Positions 49,461 through 63,269 of a stretch of 64,000 nucleotides of DNA are shown here, one piece after another; position 1 is the first letter of the stretch; each line of letters starts with the position of its first letter. The DNA is from Vicugna vicugna (Eukaryota). Under the pieces are notes generated by a model that had not been told where the DNA came from, made no database searches, and worked only from the letters and a program-made list of their open reading frames with translations. Made by a program: the position numbers and the translations under genes. Location of the stretch: contig MU059938.1 in NCBI GenBank assembly GCA_013265495.1, positions 3,385,656-3,449,655 on the forward strand, written 5' to 3'.

Positions 49461-50369
49461 TAATGGCAAAACTACGATTACAATTAGTGTTATCAGCCAT
49501 AATCCTTATGTGCACTTAACACTGTGCACATTTACAAACTGCTTATTATTATTAATATCTACTACAAGCAAGTACTGGAGCAGAGCTGCTGAAGCAGCCA
49601 GCCAGAGAACTAGTAATTGGGTGGCAGCTGGAGGTTAAAAAGCAAGCCAGGCAGAGGGAGTGGATTCACTGAAATGATAACTAATGCAAGAACTCATCAA
49701 ATCACTGGTGATGATTCCGTTCACAAGAGTCCATCAAGGTCGGGTGAACACAGATTGAGAGGACAGGAGGGAGAAGTGTTTTCTTATCAGGAGAGAATAA
49801 AACAATGAAACAGATGGATTGCTGTTTCTAAGATGAAAATTACAAGAGCACAGGATACTGGCTATGCTCAGGTGGTTCCGGAAAAAGAAACGACTGCTGT
49901 TTCCGTGGTTCTTAAGAAATATGCTTCACTCTTACAGATGCCAATAAAGCATTAGGCAACTGTCCATTTAATCATGGAAGTGCCAGTGGAGATTCATATT
50001 TAACAGAGACCAAACATAAACAGACAATGGGGAAAGGTGTATCTGAATTAACTAACCATGTTTGAGGAAATAATTGAGGCAATAAAAAGATCAATAGGGA
50101 ATCAAGCCACTCTCCAGGATCTAAGGGTTTCTCAGTGGGATATTTCAAAAGAAGAGCGTTTTATGAACTCATCCCATTTTTAATGCACTAAGAAATGTCA
50201 CTCAGGTGCCTATCATCTCTGCAGAAATGGGTACACAAAGAGACTCGAGTTAACTGCAGAGCTAGTGGGTGACTGATAAAAAGGAACTTGGCAACACGCC
50301 TCTCTCTACTCAATGCAATCCCGCAGATATATCAAGAAAAACAGAAACATTCTTCCAGATCAGGAAAAT

Positions 50370-50730
50370 CACAGTAATCATGTTGCTTTAGAAAATTTGG
50401 AAAACCCAGGAGAGTGCAAAGAAGAAAATAAAAAGCACCCTGAAGCCACCATCCAGAGAAATCACTGTTAAAATTCTGGTGCATTTCTTTCCAGTTTTAT
50501 TTTCTTCTGTGAGTGTGAAAAATATACACATATATTGACCGTACATACACTAAAAAGAACATTTTAATCTTTCCTGTATATGTTATTTTCATATTCTTCT
50601 TTTCACTTAGTTATCTAGTGAGGATTTTCTCTTGTCATTGCATATAATTTCAATGCTGCATCACACTCAATTGTATGGTTTTGTCATAATTTAACCAACA
50701 TATTAGATATTTATAGTTTCCACTTGACCA
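50370..50730 (-). mobile_element. L1ME4-like 3' end
   Basis: tagaaaatttggaaaac...gaagaaaataaaaagcacc...ccaccatccagagaaatcactgttaaaattctggtgcatttctttcc. Confidence 0.75.
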
Positions 50731-50734
50731 TTTT

Positions 50735-51112
50735 CTATAGACTAAATGTTTGCATTGTCTTAAAATTCATATGAAGCTCTAATCCCCAGTGTGAAGCTAT
50801 TAGGAAGTGGGGCTTTTTGGAAGGAAATTTGGTCCTGAGGGTGGAGCCCTCAGAAATGGGATTAGTGCCCTTATAAACATGAGACACGAGAGAGCTTGCC
50901 TTCTTTGTCTTCCTCTTCCGTCTACCCTCGCATCACGTCAGGACGCAGCAAGGAGGCAACTGTCTGCAAATCAGGAAGAGAGTTCTCACTAGGAACCTAA
51001 TCAGCACCTTGGTCGTGGATTTCCCAATCTCCAGGATTATGAGAAACACATTTCTCAATTGTTTAAGTCACCCAGCCTATGATATTTTTGTTATAGAAGC
51101 CCAAACTAAGAT
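50735..51112 (+). mobile_element. MaLR LTR, MLT1A/A0-like
   Basis: tatagactaaatgtttg...gagggtggagccctcagaaatgggattagtgcccttataa...ttgttatagaagcccaaactaag. Confidence 0.88.
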
Positions 51113-51139
51113 GCTAATTTTTTAAACATTGAAAAAAAG

Positions 51140-51545
51140 AGAGTTGTTTATTTTCACTTCCTTTCCCTACCCCTTCCTCGTGATCCATTCTCACTTTTCC
51201 TGTCCAGCTCTGCTATGGGAGGCTGCCCCCTGAAGACTGCATTATCTGTGATCTTGTGCCATCTTTCTTCCAGCTGTGTTAATCTAGTGAGAGGCACCAG
51301 CAGGGGGCAGTAGGCAAGAGGTTTGGCTATTTTCTCATTCCCTCCCTGCTTGGGCCCGATGGTTCTGCACTGGCTATACCTCTCTGCTACGGTCCGTCCG
51401 GTCAGCTTTCCCCTCTCCCATGGCACAAGCTCTCTGCAGACTCTGTTGACCCAGTCCCTCCCTTTGTTTCCTCTGGCTTCTGCTGCTATTAGTCCCTGGG
51501 TGACTCAACAGTCTTCAACCTCTGCTAACTAACTGCTTCTTCATT
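51140..51545 (+). mobile_element. ERVL LTR, LTR16/LTR41-group-like
   Basis: ggaggctgccccctgaagactgcattatc...gagaggcaccagcagg...ctgctattagtccctggg. Confidence 0.6.
51297..51310 (+). promoter_or_regulatory. CTCF core motif
   Basis: CCAGCAGGGGGCAG fits CCASYAGRKGGCRS at all 14 positions. Confidence 0.55.
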
Positions 51546-51985
51546 ATCTTTAGCTTCTCATCTGATTTGTATTGAAAGTTTCAATGAACACCTTGCACCT
51601 TATGTGGTATGACTTGTGGAATTCATTTATTTATAAAAAGTGTGGTGAAATCAACACCATGTAACCTCTACTCCAAATCATGAGAGGCTTTAATGCAGGT
51701 AAAATGCTCATGACCAAACTTGTGAAACAAGGGGGTAGTCTAGACTCTAGAAACTTCTTCCCTGACATTTTCAGAAAGGCTCACTCATCTAGTTTCCCTC
51801 AATTCCTCTCCCTCTGTAATGTTCGCAAAGCACATACTTTCCCCTTCCTCACAGCCTTTGCTCATGCTGTTACCCTGGACGGAGGGGTCCTCCAGTTTCC
51901 TCCCTACTTCTAAGCACAGTCTGGAATCCTACTTCCTTCCTGAATTCTTAGAGCCCACGACCATCTCTCCTTAGAATTGCTGGAG

Positions 51986-52185
51986 CTGTGATGTTCAGTA
52001 TGGTAGCCAGTAGCCACCTATGGCTGCTTCAATGCAAATTAAAATTATAAATTCTCTCTCAGCACTTTAGTCACACTAAACATATTTCGGCTGCTCAATA
52101 GCCAAGGTAGTCAGTGGCTACTATACTGAACAGTGCAGATCTAGAATATTTCCATCATTTCAGAAAGTTCTGTTGGACAGTGCTG
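51986..52185 (-). mobile_element. MER3 hAT MITE
   Basis: tatggtagccagtagccac...ttccatcatttcagaaagttctgttggacagtgctg, then ttctagaa (hAT target-like). Confidence 0.85.
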
Positions 52186-52929
52186 TTCTAGAACACTTCA
52201 TTATGTATGACTCCAATGAGTGTTAAATCATAAATACTCTTGTATTATTATTCTCCCATTTTGGAGTCAAGGAATAACAGAGAAGAGTCTGTTTTTTGTT
52301 GTGAGTCCAAACAGTGCTGAGCACACGGGAGATACTTAGTAGATGCACTTGCTGACTTGGGTGATGACCATGACTGTTTCTCAGCAGGACACTAAAATGC
52401 ACGGAACTATAAATCATGGAAGCAAGGGGATAGCAACGGTAAGAATGGACAGTTTGGTGGTAGTTGTGGTAGGGATCCATGCAGTCCCCCAGTAACAAAG
52501 GCAAAAACTCCGTGTCCTAGAAAATGTCCTCCTTACGTACTCATAAAGAACCTCTAAACATTAGGAATGATTCTTTAACAGGTTATAGATCCTCATCGAA
52601 AGACATCATCCAAGGGACCCAAATGCACAACTCTCTATAGAAGCTTCTATACCACCCTCCAGACTTTCTCACAGACAATGAAAACCTGTCTTTAACTATT
52701 GGTACATTTATGACTGTGATTCTGGTTCACAAAGAAACTGGCCTATGTCAGAAGCAATTTAATGGACGTGATAAAGCTATGTATCCCATACAATGCCCTC
52801 TCTTTCATCTCGCTGGCTTGAGATGATTGCAGAATTTGAACAAAAAATCCAGTGAACAAAAAATGATAAAATACTGCATCCTTTTCCTAATCTCGGGAAA
52901 GAATGTGTCCTTAGATGTGGATCCACTTC

Positions 52930-53140
52930 CTGTCTACCATTTATTCAGATCTGTGATAAATCTTTGCAAAAATCTCTCTTTTAATCCTCATAGCAACTCT
53001 GTGAACTAGGTATTTTTGTTCTCACTTGACAGTGGAGAAAACTGACTTTCAGAAAGGACATGACATTTGTCTAAGGTTCAATAAGTGGTGAGAGGACAGA
53101 GCTACCGTGACCATTTAGATACTTTGACTCTTAGGATCAC
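52930..53140 (-). mobile_element. MIR
   Basis: ttaatcctcatagcaactctgtgaactaggtatt...gagaaaactgact. Confidence 0.75.
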
Positions 53141-53499
53141 ACTTTGGGTCACTTTGTGATAATTTATCCCAATATCCACAGAAGCAAGGCTGGTAATGGG
53201 GGAGAAGGCAGGGGACAGGGCATGGTGCATGGCCTCACCATGTGGTTTTGTGACCTCTCTCTCAGTATAGCTCTTGTTCCTCTCTAAGTCTTTTCTCATA
53301 CTCACTTGAACAAGCCTGCTTCAGAAGAGGCTCGGGATGTGCACAAATGCTGACGGGCAACCAGGAGGAGAGCACGCACAGGACACTTGGAGCCTGTCCC
53401 TGTAGCTCTCTTATTTGACATAAAACAAGACCTAACGAAAGTCAAGGTCAGGAATGCTTATGGGTCAAGTGACCGCACCGCCCCCCTCAGCACACTTGA

Positions 53500-54340
53500 C
53501 ACATACATTCTGGTGATTCCTAAGTTTACACGTCCTGTGCTAACCCTTCACTGGCACTTCACAGTCAGACATCCAGTGGCTTTCCTACATGTTTCAAAGC
53601 ACCTCCAACTTAACATGTTACAAACCGACCTCTTCGTTTTCCAGTCCAGCCTCTGCCTCACACTCCCCCTTCCAGACACCTCAGCACAGCCTCCTCGAGC
53701 TGAGTAGCAGCTCAGGCCCGGAATCCACACTCACTCTGGATTCTCCCTCTCCCAGCCACACGCAATCCATCACCAGGCCCTGCCGGTCCTGCCTGCAAAT
53801 ACATCCAGCCCTGCTGTCCCTGTTCAGCTCAGTGGCCACCACCCCAGTAGCAACCATCGTGCGTTCTCACCTGGATTTCCGCACAAGTCACTGACCCTCC
53901 CAGTTTCATCCCTGCCCTCGTCCAGTCCATTTTCCACACAGCTGCCAGCGTGATCTTTTGAAAATGAAAATGAGATCTCATCGCTCCTCTGCTTAAAATC
54001 TTTTTGTGCTTCACATGACACTTATTGAGACCCTATTCCAAATCCTTACTGTGGCTTCGAGGCCCTGCAGATCTGGCCGCATGACTGTGCTATGTTCAGG
54101 CCACGTGACTTTCCCTTGAGCTCTGTGGTCCAACCTAAGGTCTGTGAGCAGCAGTTCCTGGGTAACATTAACCTCTTTCTGTCCTGGAGTCCCTAGAGTT
54201 TAGCACATGCTTTTCTGTCTGCCTGCTAGCTGCTCTTCCCCTACGCTTTACCTAGCATCCCTCATTTGTCCTTCTTTGTCCTCATTTGTCACCACTTAAA
54301 TGTCACTGTTATTCCCCACTCTAAAACAGAGCTCTGGGTA
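53500..54340 (+). mobile_element. L2a-like
   Basis: gcacctccaacttaacatgttacaaaccgacc...ccattttccacacagctgccagcgtgatcttttgaaaatg...ttaaatgtcactgtt. Confidence 0.85.
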
Positions 54341-54379
54341 TTTTATATTTTTCCTTCATTACTTTTGACACTATTTTAC

Positions 54380-54838
54380 GGTATACACAGACTCCCCTCA
54401 CCTTCGGTGGGTAGGACCCCAGAGAGGGACATGTTAACTGAACAAAGCCACAGGGGGCAGTCAGTACAGCTCCTTTGGAGAGACCTCCCTGGCACTGGAC
54501 AATGGTGGCCACTCTTCCAAATCTCACCAAGTCTCACATACCTCTCACCATAGATTTTTTTTCCAACAACCAGTGGCCAATTTTGTGATATTCATGTTGG
54601 CTTTCCTTAGGTCCAGATAATTCCTCATTTCCTACTTATCTTTATCCTTTGCTTCCATTAAAGTAAATTTGAATCTATACAGAAAGCAAATTTGAAATCT
54701 TGAGAGCAAATTTCATCTCTATAGAGCTTGAATTTTACACCTGTATGTACTTTTTTTGGTTCCTTGTGGCATTTCCAAAACTCTGCCTTCCATGCCTTTA
54801 CTTTCTGCCATTAGAGTCAAGACTGGTCACCGGATGAC
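54380..54838 (+). mobile_element. Ancient LTR-like relic (family uncertain)
   Basis: attaaagtaaatttg and end ttgtggcatttccaaaactctgccttccatg...ggatgaca resemble old ERVL-type LTR ends. Confidence 0.4.
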
Positions 54839-56577
54839 ATAATAAATGGCAGGAATAGAGGCAGAAACAGAATAAATGTAAACAATGGAGCACAATTAAC
54901 TTAGACCACTAAGAAAGATTGCTGCTTGCTGGAGTGCTCCAGAGCAGTGTCCCGATGCTCAGGGACTGCGCGTGTACACTGAGGTGTGCTCTACCAGCCC
55001 ACTGGACGACAGGGTAGGGAAGTGTTCAGAGAATGGGTATAAAATACAGGTTAGCAATACTCGTTGGATAGTTAAAGGTCTAAGTAATTTTTTTAAGGAA
55101 AAATTAAGAAATAAGTAGTTATAATGAATCAGTGCTACAGGGGGTGACATTAAATGAGATGGGACTATATGTAGATGCAGGCTTCTTTCTTTCTTAATGC
55201 CCACCTCCCCTCTAGGTTCTAAAATCACCTAGGATAGGGACCATCTACTCTGTTCCCAGCTGTAACTCTAGTACCTGGCATGGAACTCAGCACAAAGGAA
55301 TGAGGAAATATACTCACAGGGTAGCCAGAGCTACAGCGTGTGTGATGAGCCCAAGACCCTGCTAAGGAATTCCAGCCCGGAGAACTAGATAAATAAGTAT
55401 AATTGAATTCATCTGACTGAGTGACATGTTCACTTAATTAAAGCAGAGAATCAACTCTAAAACACACGATTATCCCTGACAAAGAAGCAGAAACTGGTTG
55501 GGAGAAAGGGAGAGGGAAAGAAAGAGAGGAAGCAGAAAAGATAATGCATATTTAAACTTTCAGAAAGAGGAAGAAAATTAGAGACCATTAATTTATACCT
55601 AAATACATGTCAAATCCTAGACCAAGATTATTCTAGTAAAACTCCTTGTGTAACAAAACAAATATCCACGCCTCAGGAGAGGATCGATTAATTAAAAAAA
55701 AATACAAAATAATTTTAGGCCAATGAAATTAATTCTGCTATTATCTCTTCCTCCCTTCCATGGTGTGGTCTGAATTTCAGGGACACAATGACAAAAATCA
55801 AACTTCTCAATACTTAAAGGAGTAAATATGCACATAGGTAGTTTATAGGAAACATAAATCATGACAACCAGCCAACGTGATAGAAATGAGATGAACTGAA
55901 AAGTAGAGTCATGTGCTTCTTATATATTTTCAGACTCTCGTATACTGTCCTCGTCAATGTTCAATGGTTTTTAGTGCTGAACATCCGTTTCCCTTCTCTT
56001 ATATAACTTGGAAAGAGTGAGCCTCCAGATGCATAAATCAAAGTCACATCACCTCTTTCATAGCAGACACTTGAAACCTTTGAGGTCACTGCTAATAATT
56101 TTCTGTGCACTCATTTATGCCAAATCAATTTCAATTAAATCAATTAAAATAGCAACTAGTATAATTTCATGTCATTGATCTGACAAGATTAAGATTACTC
56201 AGGATATTTGGGGGCATCAGGAACTGCTGGGCTGGCATCTCTGCTTCATTATGATGTCAAGTTGGGAGATAAACAAATTTGATTTCATAGTGCCCCAAAA
56301 TCTCTGGTATGCAGAATGCGACTCAGCAAAGTCACACACCTCCCATTCCTGGTGGCCCCAAAAAATGGAAAATGGGGGACAGAGAGTCATCAAGCTATTA
56401 AGAGAAATCTTTTATTTGAACAGTCTCAAGCATTAACATTTAAAAGTGCATCAGCATCAAGAATTTTTTTTATAAAAGCAAAAAACTGCATCTTTGAAAG
56501 AAGAGCTACTTCACAGCAGACAGGTAGCCTAGAAGGAAAGTGCACTGGTTTTGGAGACAACTAGTTATCTTACCTAC

Positions 56578-57125
56578 TGTGATGATAAATTTTATGTGTC
56601 AACTTGACTGAGCCACAGGGTGCTCTGATATTTGTCAAATGTTATTTTGAGTGTGCCTGTGAGGGTGTTTTTGGATGAGATTAACATTTGAATAGGCAGA
56701 CGAGTAAAGCAGATTGCTCTCTCCCACGTGGGTGGGCCTCAACCAATCAGTCAAAGACTTGAACAGAACAAAAAGGCTGATCCTCCCTCAGGTAAAAGGG
56801 AACCCCTCCTGTCCAACTGTCTTAAGTTGGGACATTGGTTTTTCTCCTGCCTTTGGACTTGAACTGAAACACTGGCTCTCCTTGGGTTTTCAGACTGCCA
56901 GTCTTTGTACTGGAACTACACGGTCAGTTCTCCTGGCTCGCCAGCTTGCTGATCTTGGGATTTCTTAGCTCCCATAATCATGTGAGCAAATTCCTTATCA
57001 TCCATCCAACCATCTCTCTTAGTATCCTTCCATCCCTCTCTCCTTTCTCCTGCCTACATATATCTCCTATACAATATTATGTATCTATCTCCTATTGGTT
57101 CTGTTTCTCTGAAGAACCCTGTACA
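56578..57125 (+). mobile_element. ERVL LTR, MLT2B-like, inserted in a MIR (56525-57290)
   Basis: tgtgatgataaattttatgtgtcaacttgactg...cctattggttctgtttctctgaagaaccctgtaca; TSD CCTAC 56573-56577 / CCCAC 57126-57130. Confidence 0.9.
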
Positions 57126-57924
57126 CCCACTTTTTAATTGTGTGACTTTGAGCAGGCACTGCAGCTCTCTGGGTCTCAGTTCCTTCATCTGTAGAAGGGA
57201 GTTCATGATATCTATCCTGCAAAATTATTGTATGGACTAATTTTGGAAATTAAATGTCAAATGTGTAAACGAGCACAATCAATATTAGCTCCAGACTTCC
57301 CCTTTGTGATAAATTGGAGAAGATCTGACAACCTGTGCTTCTGCACAGAAATAAAAACAGTATCTAACGCTAATGTTAAGTATGAATGATTTTGAAAATG
57401 GCAGCCAAACTTCATGACTCCTCCATGGTTTCAAATATGAACCATAACTGTTCCTTGTGGAGCTGAAGGAACTATTTTTCTTTCTTTCTTCCCTTCTTCT
57501 GTCTTTACAGGAGGTCCTGCCACAGCAGCTTTGCCATGATGCCTGGGACATGGGAAATGGTGGAGACTTTGTGTAAAGTACCTTCTTTATTGCCCTGTGG
57601 GACTGCCTAAGAGAACGTCTTTCATTTTGCCTCAGGAAACAGGAGTGGTGGGATTTCAGTGGTGTTGCCTTCTGAGAGCTGTGGAGGGAGGGCCACGTTT
57701 TTAGATCTTGGGTGAATCACCTGCAAGATTAGGTGAGAGTATTAGGCAGGCTCCAATCCGTTTGGGCTTTAAGATGAGATAGCCTCATGCACTCGAAGGG
57801 CTGAAGCTTCCCTCTGAGTTCAGCTGGTTGTGACAGGCAAACTCATGAAGCCCAAGGGGAGTTTTCTTCCGATGCTACAAAAGAGTGGAGTGGCTGGTGT
57901 ACTGTGTGTGCTGAATCTGCACAG

Positions 57925-58095
57925 GGCTGGGTGGTGGCCCTTAAGCTTTCATCAGCATAAGAGTCATTAGGGGATGAAGCTATGAAAAACACGATGCCTG
58001 GGCTGGAGAGCCTACCATGACATTTCCAGAGTAAGGTCCAGAAATCTACATTTTGAAGAAGCATGCCCAGAGAATTCTGCTGCAGGGAGGTCACG
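57925..58095. mobile_element. MER5-like MITE
   Basis: ggtccagaaatctacattttgaagaagcatgcccagagaattctgctgcag. Confidence 0.55.
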
Positions 58096-58129
58096 GATCT
58101 GGGGGAGGAGAACGTGGTGCAGAGGAGGG

Positions 58130-58910
58130 AAGGATGGCACTTGACAATTCTCTCACTTGCTGTTTCTCAAGCTGCCACTCCAGGTGGCCTCGTCTCTTGA
58201 GTTGACTCCTCTCCATCCCCACTTGCCACCACCTTCCTTCAGACTGCCACCCTCTCCTGCACAGATTAATGCCACAGCTTCCTGACTGGACGTCTGGTCC
58301 CCTGTCTTGTCCTTCTCCAGTGTATCTGCTCATCTTTCAATATACAAATCTGATGAGGATGGTCTCTGGTTCAAAACTCTTCAGTGGCTCCCCACTGCCT
58401 CTAAATTCCGTAAGGAGACCAAACAAACGAGGCATTCACATCACCACTGGGTCCCTTTCCAGTCTCACTTCCCACTGTCTGGCCTCCTTTCTTACTCACT
58501 CTCCACCCTCCAATCATACTAGCCGTCCTCGTGTTTCTGGATGCATCACACTTCCTCTTTAACCTTGACCTCAGAACAGCCTGCTCCTCCCACCGGGACA
58601 TCCTCCCCAGCCCCACTTGCCCTAGTTAATGTCTCTTCCTCTTTTAGATCTCAGCTTCCTGAGGGAGGTTTTCCTGATCCCTCGGGGTCAGGAAATTTCC
58701 TCTGCTTACTCACCCTCCAAAGCATAATTAACGTCCCCTCTCACGTCACCCATTGCATTGCTGTAAGTTTTTCTTTGATGAGTGCCTTCCCCATTAAAAC
58801 ATGAAACCCATGTATGTGAGAATCATGTCTGTCTTGCTTACTGAATATCACTAACACCCAGTAAAGGCTGACACATAGCAGGCACTCAGTAGTAAATGTA
58901 TGATATTTTA
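58130..58910 (+). mobile_element. L2
   Basis: ttcaaaactcttcagtggctcccactgcc...tagatctcagctt...gctgacacatagcaggcactcagta. Confidence 0.8.
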
Positions 58911-60900
58911 ATAAATATACTTTTATGCCATGGTGAAACTCTCCAAGGTTCTTATCACCTTGGCAATTTTATATTTGCTTGATGATTTAAGAGAAACTTA
59001 ACACACCCTGCTAACTATAACACCTGGCTCACTTACTCTTAGAAACTTCCCTAATACATTCCTTTTAAATTGGCTGCCCTTCCTACATGGTCCTAGAATT
59101 CTACATTTACCTCTGTAACTCCTCATGTCTCTTTCACCTGACTTCAAAGCCAAGAACTGTCATATTCATCCCTGTACCCCTAACACATAGCATATAGTGC
59201 TAGGCACATGGTAGGATCTCAATGAACCTTTTTTTTTTAGATGAATTACTGAATGATTGTGTAATTCCTATCTTAAAGGGTTAAACACACAAAAGGGGTA
59301 CTAAGAATGCAGAGGTTATGTCAGAGAAGGACAGATTTTAATTCTTGGCTGGGGTACAAGTCTGGACCATTCATAGTACAGTATAGATATGTGGTGCCTT
59401 CTAGAATTGGTATGTAGAAACTCAAGTGGAAGGAGAACCTTGAATATCTCCACTGTGTAGAACTTTACTTCAGGCCCTGAGAATTGGTGGCCCCAAAGAA
59501 AAAGGCCATGGAGAAAGTGTATCATATACAATACTAGGGATTGAAATTCTAAAGCACATAATGGCATATTTCTCTATTTCTTCTTAGAAAAGCCAAAATA
59601 GCTCAGCGCACTGTTGAAAATAGCTTTGATTTTCTTTCATCACGTCCATATGCCACTGTCTTACTACAATTGTCTTCCTAAAAGTCTGCAGGAGATTTGA
59701 ATACCATAGAGCCCAGATGGCAGGGTCTAGACTTACCTTGAAGAAATGAACCCATGTCAGTTGTGAAAAGCCCACATATCATTTTTTTTCAATGCAATAA
59801 CAGTCATTCAAGATTCTCCAAATCCAGAGTCAACACACAAGGTGACATAACAATGCAATTTCATGGGCATCTTGAATTGTTCAAGGCACATCTAATATAT
59901 TTTAAAATTTCACTTAGAACATTTAATGAAAAGGGGGTCAATGGCAAGGAATTTTGAGGTTGGTGATTTCTGCAGAGGCTGGTAGGAAGCATTTGGAGTC
60001 TTTGGGCTTTAGGAGGAAAGGTTCATTCTACAGTTACTTGACGGTCTCACTCAGGAGAACACCGAAGAGTAACAAATATTAGGCAAAAGGCAGGTGGGGT
60101 GGCTCATGTATTGAAGAGCTCTTGCTACAGATATTGATACTTAAGAGCCACTGCCATGGTCTTTACTAGTCAAGCCAGGACAAAAAGACCACAAAGGAAT
60201 AAAAGATTCTGGGCAATTTTGCTCATGGGTGATGTAAAATGGCTCTGTAGCTACTCTTATTATTATTTTTTTTATTACAAACCCATAAAAAATTGATATT
60301 GCATTCACTGTTTTGAGATTATGCTGAAGATGAAATGGAGTTGGTAAATAAGAGAAAAGGGCAACAATTACATTTAAAATAGCCAAAATAAACTGAAGAT
60401 CCATTCTCTAGTGGACACTGTACTAGGAGGTGGGAGAGCTCAGCAAAATCAGAGGACAACTGAGTCTGTCCATGACCTGCAGGGGAGACAGAGACACCAT
60501 GCACAAGCTCCTCCCCCTGCCTCCTGCCAGTCCGTGTCCATCTGCCAAAACTTCAACCTTCAAGATCGAGTTCACGAATTACACCTTTGGCAAGTTTTCC
60601 CTTAACCCTCCTTGGTTCCTGGATGAGGTCAAGTTCCAGTTCTGGGCTGACACTGTGCACCCAGGCATCTCCATAATGCTGTATGTATCCTATCCTCAGC
60701 GCCAGACTGGGTGCTTCGTTTCATCCCTAGTACCTACCACAGAGCCCGTTGCTCACTGGATGCAAGAACAAATGTATTAGATGGTCACTGTGTAATGAGT
60801 AGATTATTAGTGTGAACTAAGTGCTTAGTGATGCAGAGGAGGGAATGCTTTGTTCTGCCTGAGAGATAGGTAAGGCTTCTCAGAAGAGGTGGTCTCTCTG

Positions 60901-61203
60901 GAAATAGACTCACAGACATAGAAAAACCATGGTTACCAAAGGGGAAAGGGGTAGAGGGGGAAAGGATAAATTAGGAGTCTGGGACTAACATATACACACT
61001 TTTATATATAAAACAGATAAACAACAAGGACCTACTGTATAGCACAGGGAACTATATTCAATATCTTGTAATAACCTATAATGGAAAAGACTCTGAAAAA
61101 GAAACACACATACACACACACACACACGTATATGTATAACTGAATCACTTTGCTGTACACCTGAAACTAACACAACATTGTAAATCAACTATGCTTCAAA
61201 AAA
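60901..61203 (+). mobile_element. Cetartiodactyl L1 3' fragment with TSD
   Basis: gaaatagactcacagacatag...ctactgtatagcacagggaactatattcaatatc...cacctgaaactaacacaacattgtaaatcaactat; AGAAGAGGTG 60882-60891 / 61204-61213. Confidence 0.9.
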
Positions 61204-61369
61204 AGAAGAGGTGATGATACCTCATCACGGCTCGGTCCTTTCACGAGTTTTATTACACCATACTCATAACAAGTCTCTGAAATAGATCCTATCCCCATTT
61301 TTACAACTAAAGAATCTTATCTCTGACAAGTAACTTGCCCAAAGTTAATACATCTATGAAATGTCTTAG

Positions 61370-62250
61370 AATGGCTTTCTATGGAATGCTAAAGAGCTTG
61401 GATTTTATTCTGTAGGCAACTGGGAGCCATCAAATGTTTTAAGGAGGGAAATAATGTTGTCAGAAATATATTTAAATTAACTCTGGCAATAGAAGTAGGA
61501 AGTTAATTACAGGAGAATGAATGGGGCAGGGCAGAGACTAGAGATCAAATAATAACTAGTGGATTATTCTAATGGCTTGGGAAGGTGCTAAAGAGAGATG
61601 ATTTAACACAGTGGCAAGAGTAGGGAAGAGGCAGGGAAAGACTGAAAGGCCATTTTAAAGCAGAATTCAGAGGATTTGGTCACTGACTGCATGTGAGTGG
61701 GGAGAGGAAAGGACTCTAAACCTTCTTCATCAGGTGATGGAGTGAGAAAGCATTAATAACCTTAAGAATAAATACAGGGAGAAGAACAGGCTGGGGAGAT
61801 GGTGAGTAAGACAACGAGGTGGACTTTGGATATTTTTAATTGGAGGTATCAGTGCAATCTTCAGAGAGTCACATCTTTGACGGATATTAAAGTAAGGACC
61901 CGAAGCTTCATATAGGCCTAAGATGTATTTGAAAATAGCTTTGAAGTAGGGGATGGTTAAAGCAATGGGAGTAGGCGAGATTTTCCCGAGAGCACGCAAA
62001 ACAAGATGAGGTAAGAGGGCCCGTCCCCAGGAGGAATCCACATCTGGGGAGTGGTGGGGGACGCAGCATGCCACCAGCCTGAGAAGGAGCCACCAGAAAG
62101 AGGGGAGGAGAACCAGGAGCATCATTATCATGCTCATGAAACAGAGGAGCAGTTCAGAGGAAAAGCTTCACACTATCCAATGATAAAGCAGAAGAGCCGA
62201 GAATGACGAGAACCGATATGTGAGAATCAGATTTGCAACCCCAGTGGCAC
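61370..62250 (-). mobile_element. L2
   Basis: gctaaagagcttggattttattctgtaggcaactgggagcca...gaatcagatttgcaacc. Confidence 0.8.
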
Positions 62251-62724
62251 AACTGCATAAAAGATATGGAAGAGCCTGGACTTTTAAATTCTGTGATTTA
62301 AGAGATACCAGAAAGGGCCATCAGACAAACCTCACGTATGCATCAAAGGGAATCTGACTGGCTCATGTTTTCTCTCCCAGGAGCTGGGAATATTTTTAGA
62401 TTTTTTCTTCCCGAGAAGAGAGACAAAGGAAGGATTTCTTAATGACAACTGGGGAAAACCATATCCTATTGCCTGCGCCTAGAGGCTAAAAACATTTTTT
62501 TTATTGACTCAGCGAGTGAACTATAAACACGTTTGACCTGAACTTACTTTGCGGCAGTTTACTAGAAACTTCCAGGAAAGCAGGGCCCTCGGAAAATAAC
62601 GGTGGCTCCAAGGAGTGCCAGGAAGGACATCTGCAAAGATGCAGTGATTTTCAGAAAACCTCCAATATTTTATACGTATTAAAGCCAGTTTCTAACACTG
62701 TTATTCTGTTTCTACTATCGTAAG

Positions 62725-63258
62725 AATACAACCCAGCAATCCCACTGCCAGGTACTTACCTAATGAATGAAAACTGATGTTTCTCTAAAAACCTGTACGT
62801 GGATGCTTTTAGTAGCTTTATTAGCATTTGCCAAAATTGGAAACCGCCCAGATGTCCCTCAACTGGGGAATGGATAAACAAACTGTGGTATATCCATCCA
62901 ATTCAACACTAAACAGTGAGGATAAATGAACCAGTGACAGACACCCTCAGCTTCAATAAGTCTCAATGCATTATACAGTAAGTGAAAGAAGCCAGACTTC
63001 AGGATTCCCTCTCTGTGACATTCTGGAAAGGGCAAAACTAAAGGGACAGAAAACACATCAGTAGCTTCCAGCGGCTTGGAGGTAATGAGAGGGGTTGACA
63101 ACAAAGGGGTACCAGGGAGAATATTTTCTGAAATTACGGAACTTTTATAGCTTGACTATGGGGGTGGTTCTACAACTGTCTGCATTTGGTACACTTGCAG
63201 TTGTACATTAAAAATGATGAATTTTACTGTACATAAACTATACCTTAATAAAAACAAT
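62725..63258 (+). mobile_element. L1MB/L1MC 3' end
   Basis: acccagcaatcccact...ggaatggataaacaaactgtggtatatccat...actgtacataaactataccttaataaa. Confidence 0.85.
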
Positions 63259-63269
63259 GAGGGAAGAGA

